Shown here in pieces: positions 59,388 through 64,000 of a DNA stretch of 64,000 nt (its first letter is position 1; every line of letters begins with the position of its first letter). The translations under genes were made by a program, and so were the position numbers. The stretch is from the NCBI GenBank assembly GCA_036479435.1, contig JAZGFI010000099.1, forward strand, positions 1-64,000, read 5' to 3'. Source of the stretch: Planctomycetota bacterium (GTDB lineage Bacteria > Planctomycetota > GCA-002687715 > DRQF01). The notes beneath the pieces are model-generated. The model did no database searches. It was not told the origin of the DNA and saw nothing but the letters and a program-made list of their open reading frames with translations.

Positions 59388-60986
59388 ATGACCAGGATGA
59401 TTTTCGCCCTCACCTTTTTTCTCGCACCTTGGGCCGTCGCCCAAAGCGACGGCGCTGACGGCAATTCAGAAACGACCATCGAAGTCAAAACCGCCGATGG
59501 CAGCCAGTACCGCATCGTCAAAAAAGGTGACCGCGTTATCAGCGTGAACGGTCAGAAAGTGGTCCGCGTCAAATCTAGTGTCCGCACTGAGAGGGGCAAA
59601 AAGCCGCAGCGCCGGAGTCGCCATCAGGGCGCGGGCCCGGGCATTTCGTTCCCGTCTCGCCCCTCCAAAGCACCGAAAACTCCGAAAACCCTGCGCCTAT
59701 TCGGCGGCCAATACCCGGGTCCCGGCTCGCCGCCTCGGGCCTTCGCGATCGAAACCGAAAAGGGGCACTTTGGCAAACGACGTGGTTCAAAGCCGGGCCA
59801 ACATCGCATCTTGTTGAGGCGCGGTCCCGAGGGTGGAGCTTCGCAGCATTCCGCTATCATCGAGGTGATCGAGGACGAAGAAGAGGACGAAGAAGATGAA
59901 GGCGATGGACGCCTCAAGCTTCGCCTCCGCCAAGGAGCTGGCGGCAAGCCCTTCCACTTCGATGTCGAACAAAAAGACGGTCACCCCGGCTCGGCTTTGA
60001 AATTGCGACGCCTTGGCAAGCAGGCCTTTGAACTGCTCCAACCCCACTTAGAACAGAGGCTCGACGGCCCCCTCGGGAGCGCTCTGCGCCTTCGCCGCAA
60101 GTTGGCCCATCCCGGTGGCAAGGGTTTCAAGTTCGACCTCAAGGACTTGGAAGACCTCGGCGATCTTTTTGACAACGAGGCCCTCGAAGGCCTGCACGAA
60201 AAGCTGGAGCATCTACAACACCTCAAACTCGACCTGGGCGACATCTGCTCGAGCCTCGATGGTCTCAACCTCGACATCCGAATCCACCTGGATGATGATG
60301 ATGACGAGGACGACGATGAGAACCAGCGCAGCCGTCGCCGCCCGAAGAAGTCGCAGGGATTCAGCTGGCGCTCAAAGTCGAAAGCCAAAAAGGGCCGCCA
60401 GGCTCAAGGCCAGCGTCGCTCAAAAGGCGGCGAATGCCAACAAAACGCCCCCAAGCGACGAAAAGATGCCCGCCAGCGCCAGCAAGACAGCCGCCAACAT
60501 CGCTCCACGCTGCGCAAACATCAATCCGAGTTGCGTAAGAAACAACGTGAGCTGAAGCGCTTAGGGAAACGCCTACGCGACCAACAAGAGCGCAAGCGTT
60601 CTTCGAATCGAAACAAGGCCAAGGCGAAACACAGACGCGATGTACTGCTGTCAGAGCGCGCCACCGGTATCGTCGAACAAGGGCAGCGACTACCTGCCAA
60701 AGCCAAGCTTCGCGTCATTGAATCCCTCGATCGCAAACGAGTGGCCCTCGACACGAAAGCAAAGCAATTCGAGTTGCATGTCAAGCAACTCAATGACGCC
60801 GACCAAAAGCGCCTCGGCGATCTTCACCTTCTCCGAGAAAAAGAGATGGAAGAAGTCCAACGCGCGCTTGAATCTGAAGTGATGGACCTCGAAGCCCAAA
60901 TGCGAGAGCTGCAAGAGACCATCGAACGAGCCCGCCAAAAAAAGGCCGGTCGTTCCAACATCTTCAAAAAGGCCCGTCGTATCTGA
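59388..60986 (+). CDS. Exported low-complexity protein with charge blocks and C-terminal coiled coil
   Basis: Signal peptide (AVA-Q), poly-E/D runs, K/R-rich tracts; followed by a terminator. Confidence 0.7.
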   Translation: MTRMIFALTFFLAPWAVAQSDGADGNSETTIEVKTADGSQYRIVKKGDRVISVNGQKVVRVKSSVRTERGKKPQRRSRHQGAGPGISFPSRPSKAPKTPKTLRLFGGQYPGPGSPPRAFAIETEKGHFGKRRGSKPGQHRILLRRGPEGGASQHSAIIEVIEDEEEDEEDEGDGRLKLRLRQGAGGKPFHFDVEQKDGHPGSALKLRRLGKQAFELLQPHLEQRLDGPLGSALRLRRKLAHPGGKGFKFDLKDLEDLGDLFDNEALEGLHEKLEHLQHLKLDLGDICSSLDGLNLDIRIHLDDDDDEDDDENQRSRRRPKKSQGFSWRSKSKAKKGRQAQGQRRSKGGECQQNAPKRRKDARQRQQDSRQHRSTLRKHQSELRKKQRELKRLGKRLRDQQERKRSSNRNKAKAKHRRDVLLSERATGIVEQGQRLPAKAKLRVIESLDRKRVALDTKAKQFELHVKQLNDADQKRLGDLHLLREKEMEEVQRALESEVMDLEAQMRELQETIERARQKKAGRSNIFKKARRI

Positions 60987-61034
60987 GCCTTTGATCTTAA
61001 GACATCGAGCCAACGGCCAGACGGCTAGGTGTTT

Positions 61035-61063
61035 AGGCCCCACTTCGGTGGGGCCTTTTTTTT
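61035..61063 (+). terminator. Rho-independent terminator
   Basis: AGGCCCCAC-TTCG-GTGGGGCCT followed by a T tract. Confidence 0.9.
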
Positions 61064-61157
61064 GGGCTTGGGGGAAGGGGTCGTGAAAATCGTCTAACGC
61101 GAACCTTGCGAGTTTGGCTAAGGGAGGCCTGTGAAGGCGAGTCAATAATTCGCCACA

Positions 61158-63194
61158 CTAGTTGTCGGCGAAGAGGTTTTTCATGCGGTCTAAGTAGGAA
61201 CCGGCGGTGGTGGTGTCGGCGGGGCCGTCGGTACTGGCGTCGACGAAGGTGATGTCGTCGCTTTCGAACTCCGTGAGGAAGCGGGACTCTTCGCGTTTTT
61301 CGTCGCGGCCCCAACGGCGCCGCTCCGAGGCCATCGACATGGATAGGCTCAAGCGGGCACGCGTGATCGCAACGTAAAACAGGCGGCGCTCTTCGTCGAT
61401 CGTGTCGTCTGCGTCGTCATCGGCGAAAGAGTTCTTGTGGGGGAAAAGCCCCTCCTCGACGCCCACCATGTAGACGTGGGGGAACTCGAGGCCCTTCGCC
61501 GCGTGTACCGTCATCAGCGTGACCGCGTCACTGGCGTCGGTTTTCTCTTTGCGATCGTCTTGTTGCTGATCGAGAAAGATCTTCTCCAAAAACGCCGCCA
61601 GCCCCTTGTCCGTGGAAGCGTCATGGCGCTCCGCCATCTCCAAAAGCAACTGAAGAATGTTCCAGCGCACTTCGACCTCGGCGGGATCTTTGGCTTCGAT
61701 TTCCAAGAACGCTCGGAAGCCGACTTTCTCGTAAAGGCATTCCATGGCGGCATGAACGCCGCGTTGTTCCGCCGCCTCTGCGACCTCTGCCATGAGCGCC
61801 GCAAACTCTGCAACACGCTCCACCGCGGCGGATCTGAGGAGTGTTTCGTAGCCACCATCTCGGATCAAGTCATAGACACCGCAGCGTTGCTCAACGGCCT
61901 CGGCGCTGAGTTTATCTCGAGTCCCATTGCCGATGCCTCGTGACGGACGATTGAGAATTCGAAACAGGGCACCGTCGTCTTTAGGGTTGGCGAGCACGCG
62001 CAAGTAGGCCAGCACGTCTCGAACTTCACGACGATCAAACAGCGAGTAGGTCCCAACGATCTTGTAGGGGATGCCGCGTTCGCGAAGCCTCAGCTCGAGG
62101 GCATTTGACTGGGCGTTGGCTCGGAACAGAATCGCGAGGTCGCGCCAAGCTGCACCCTCTTGCACTCTCTCGTTCAACTTCACCATCATCCGCGTGAGCT
62201 CTTCACGCTCGTCGGCGGCGGTGTAGAACTCGATCTTGTCGCCCTCGCCGTGAGCCGACCATAGCTTCTTTTCGAGCCGCCCTCGGTTATTGGAGATGAC
62301 GGCATTTGCGGTGCGCAGAATACGATTGGTCGAGCGGTAGTTTTGGTCGAGAGTGACGACCTTGGCGCCGGGGAACTGGCGCGAAAAGTTCAAGATGTTA
62401 CCCGGCTCCGCTCCGCGCCAGCCGTAGATCGACTGATCGTCATCGCCCACCACGGCGAGGTTTCTGCGCGGGCCAGCCAGCGAACGAATAAGGCCCAACT
62501 GAATCGCATTGGTGTCTTGGTACTCGTCCACCATCAGATAACGCCAGCGATCGCGAGCTTGATCTAAGACGTCAGGGTGCTCGCTGAACAGGCGTGAAGT
62601 CAATGACAGCATGTCGTCAAAGTCGACGACTTGCCGTTTCTTCATCTCCTCGTGGAGTCGCCGGTAGGCAAAGGCCAACTTGATTTCGGCATCGTCAGCT
62701 GCCGCCTCCATCGCGCCGTCGCAATCAAGACCGGCATTTTTCCAGCCACCGATGACTTGGAGGCCCCAACGCGGGGGCACTTCTTTCTCAGAGATACCCA
62801 AGTCGCGAAGGGAGGTGCGTAGCAACAGCTTTTTGTCTTCGTCATCACTGATACCGAAGTTTTTGCGGTAGCCCAGCCGGTCGCCGTAGCGCCGCAACAA
62901 GCGCAATGCGAAGGAATGAAAAGTCGAAATCGTGAGGGCTTTGGCACCAGCTTTGCCCACCAGGCTGGCAACGCGCTCGCGCATCTCGGCGGCCGCCTTG
63001 TTCGTAAAGGTCACCGCGAGGATGTTCTCGGGAGCCACTTGCTTAGCCAAGAGGTTCGCGATGCGCACGGTGACGACGCGAGTTTTGCCGGTACCCGCTC
63101 CAGCCAAAACCAAGAGCGGACCTTCGATCGTCATCACCGCTTCACGTTGCGGGGGATTGAGTCCTTGCAGGACTTGTTCAAGGCGCGGTGGCAA
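61158..63194 (-). CDS. UvrD/PcrA/Rep family SF1A DNA helicase
   Basis: LAGAGTGKT, TFTNKAA.EM, DEYQD, VGDDDQSIY, QNYRST, TVHAAKGLEF, EERRLFYVAITRA. Confidence 0.96.
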   Translation of the reverse strand: MPPRLEQVLQGLNPPQREAVMTIEGPLLVLAGAGTGKTRVVTVRIANLLAKQVAPENILAVTFTNKAAAEMRERVASLVGKAGAKALTISTFHSFALRLLRRYGDRLGYRKNFGISDDEDKKLLLRTSLRDLGISEKEVPPRWGLQVIGGWKNAGLDCDGAMEAAADDAEIKLAFAYRRLHEEMKKRQVVDFDDMLSLTSRLFSEHPDVLDQARDRWRYLMVDEYQDTNAIQLGLIRSLAGPRRNLAVVGDDDQSIYGWRGAEPGNILNFSRQFPGAKVVTLDQNYRSTNRILRTANAVISNNRGRLEKKLWSAHGEGDKIEFYTAADEREELTRMMVKLNERVQEGAAWRDLAILFRANAQSNALELRLRERGIPYKIVGTYSLFDRREVRDVLAYLRVLANPKDDGALFRILNRPSRGIGNGTRDKLSAEAVEQRCGVYDLIRDGGYETLLRSAAVERVAEFAALMAEVAEAAEQRGVHAAMECLYEKVGFRAFLEIEAKDPAEVEVRWNILQLLLEMAERHDASTDKGLAAFLEKIFLDQQQDDRKEKTDASDAVTLMTVHAAKGLEFPHVYMVGVEEGLFPHKNSFADDDADDTIDEERRLFYVAITRARLSLSMSMASERRRWGRDEKREESRFLTEFESDDITFVDASTDGPADTTTAGSYLDRMKNLFADN

Positions 63195-63909
63195 TATAGA
63201 AACTCCTCGTTGAAGCGGCGACGTTTAGTTTCACCATGGCTGCGACATTTGGGCCAGTTTGTCTAACCTGGCACCCCGCAGTGCCGCGCAGCTCCTTACC
63301 CTGGAACAACTTGTCGCAGTTTACTTCCTTGGCGCGACGCCGCTTTTTTTGCGGCTGACCCGGTAAGTTTTCAAGTTGCGAGTCTATGTAGTGATTGAGT
63401 GAGCGAAAGCTGGCTCGAAGCAAATTGCCTGACCTCCAAGTTGGAGGTGAAGCAATGAGCTGTACCAGATTGAGTGAAGCCAAAAGCCAGCGCCGCGAAG
63501 CGATCCCTTCGTTGCATCGTGAAGACTCTCGAGTCTGTAGGGCTGACCAGACGGCTTCATATCCGGAACAACGCGGCGATGCCGCAAGACAAAACGCAGA
63601 TTCTCGGTGGGTGATTGAACGGCGCGAGTCACCTATCGGGGGTCGGCGTTTTTTTCTATCTCGGCCCGGTGGACCGGATGGCTCTAAGCCGCGTTGACGA
63701 CAAAAATCCACGGTGCTACCGTCCGAATGAGCAGGGTGACGTCATGACGGCCCCTTTCGCAACGTCCCGAGGGGCCTCGCCAACGCGGCGTGAGCGTGGG
63801 TGAAACCGCGTAAACAATGCGGTGGCCATGAGTTTCGGGACATCTCGGTCAAACAGGTTGCAAAATGTCCTCGCCGATCCGCAGCTCTTCGAATCCACAC
63901 CCAGCCCCT

Positions 63910-64000
63910 ATGACTCGCCAGGTCCAGCCACTGCGCGGCCTGCTCTGTCTCGTCGTCTTGGTCCTCGGCACCGGACTGATCAGTTGCGGGGACGATCCCG
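63910..64000 (+). CDS. Lipoprotein, N-terminal fragment truncated by the window edge
   Basis: My translation MTRQVQPLRGLLCLVVLVLGTGLISCGDDP is a signal peptide with a LISC lipobox. Confidence 0.55.
   Translation, partial: MTRQVQPLRGLLCLVVLVLGTGLISCGDDP

Noticed and set aside
63178..63898. ORFs and weak hairpins in the ~700-nt gap upstream of the helicase
   Set aside because: Translations look non-coding and the stems before the T-runs are poor; no RNA family recognised, though a small RNA cannot be excluded.
1..64000. CRISPR array, rRNA, tRNA, transposase, integrase or prophage genes
   Set aside because: No spaced direct repeats or diagnostic motifs seen on reading; short or degenerate elements could have been missed by eye.

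Overview
GC-rich (roughly 60% by eye) bacterial chromosomal window. Gene content suggests a Planctomycetota-like organism (an ECF sigma factor fused to carboxypeptidase-regulatory-like repeats, many FHA/Ser-Thr kinase genes, large secreted hypotheticals); this is inference. Housekeeping genes: icd, pcnB, lepB, mgtE, a LeuA-family synthase, a UvrD/Rep helicase and an M20 peptidase. No rRNA, tRNA, CRISPR array, transposase or integrase was recognised. Notable parts: (1) a phospho-signalling cluster at 8.2-18.1 kb (kinase-pseudokinase, Ig-like membrane protein, tail-anchored FHA, kinase-2TM-FHA, tail-anchored PP2C, metallophosphoesterase) that includes an FHA-coiled-coil protein whose C-terminal ~270 aa look like a degenerate tubulin/FtsZ-superfamily domain; (2) a four-gene operon with a tail-anchored MglA-type small GTPase and three roadblock-domain proteins, preceded by a hairpin-rich non-coding region; (3) a solo integron-type gene cassette (FRG gene plus attC) inserted exactly at the stop codon of a radical SAM gene; (4) two glycosyltransferase loci with sigma28-like promoters; (5) two decayed genes (a frameshifted ParA with a mutated Walker A, and an ECF-sigma fusion broken by apparent internal deletions). 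All domain calls come from motif recognition by eye, not from database searches.
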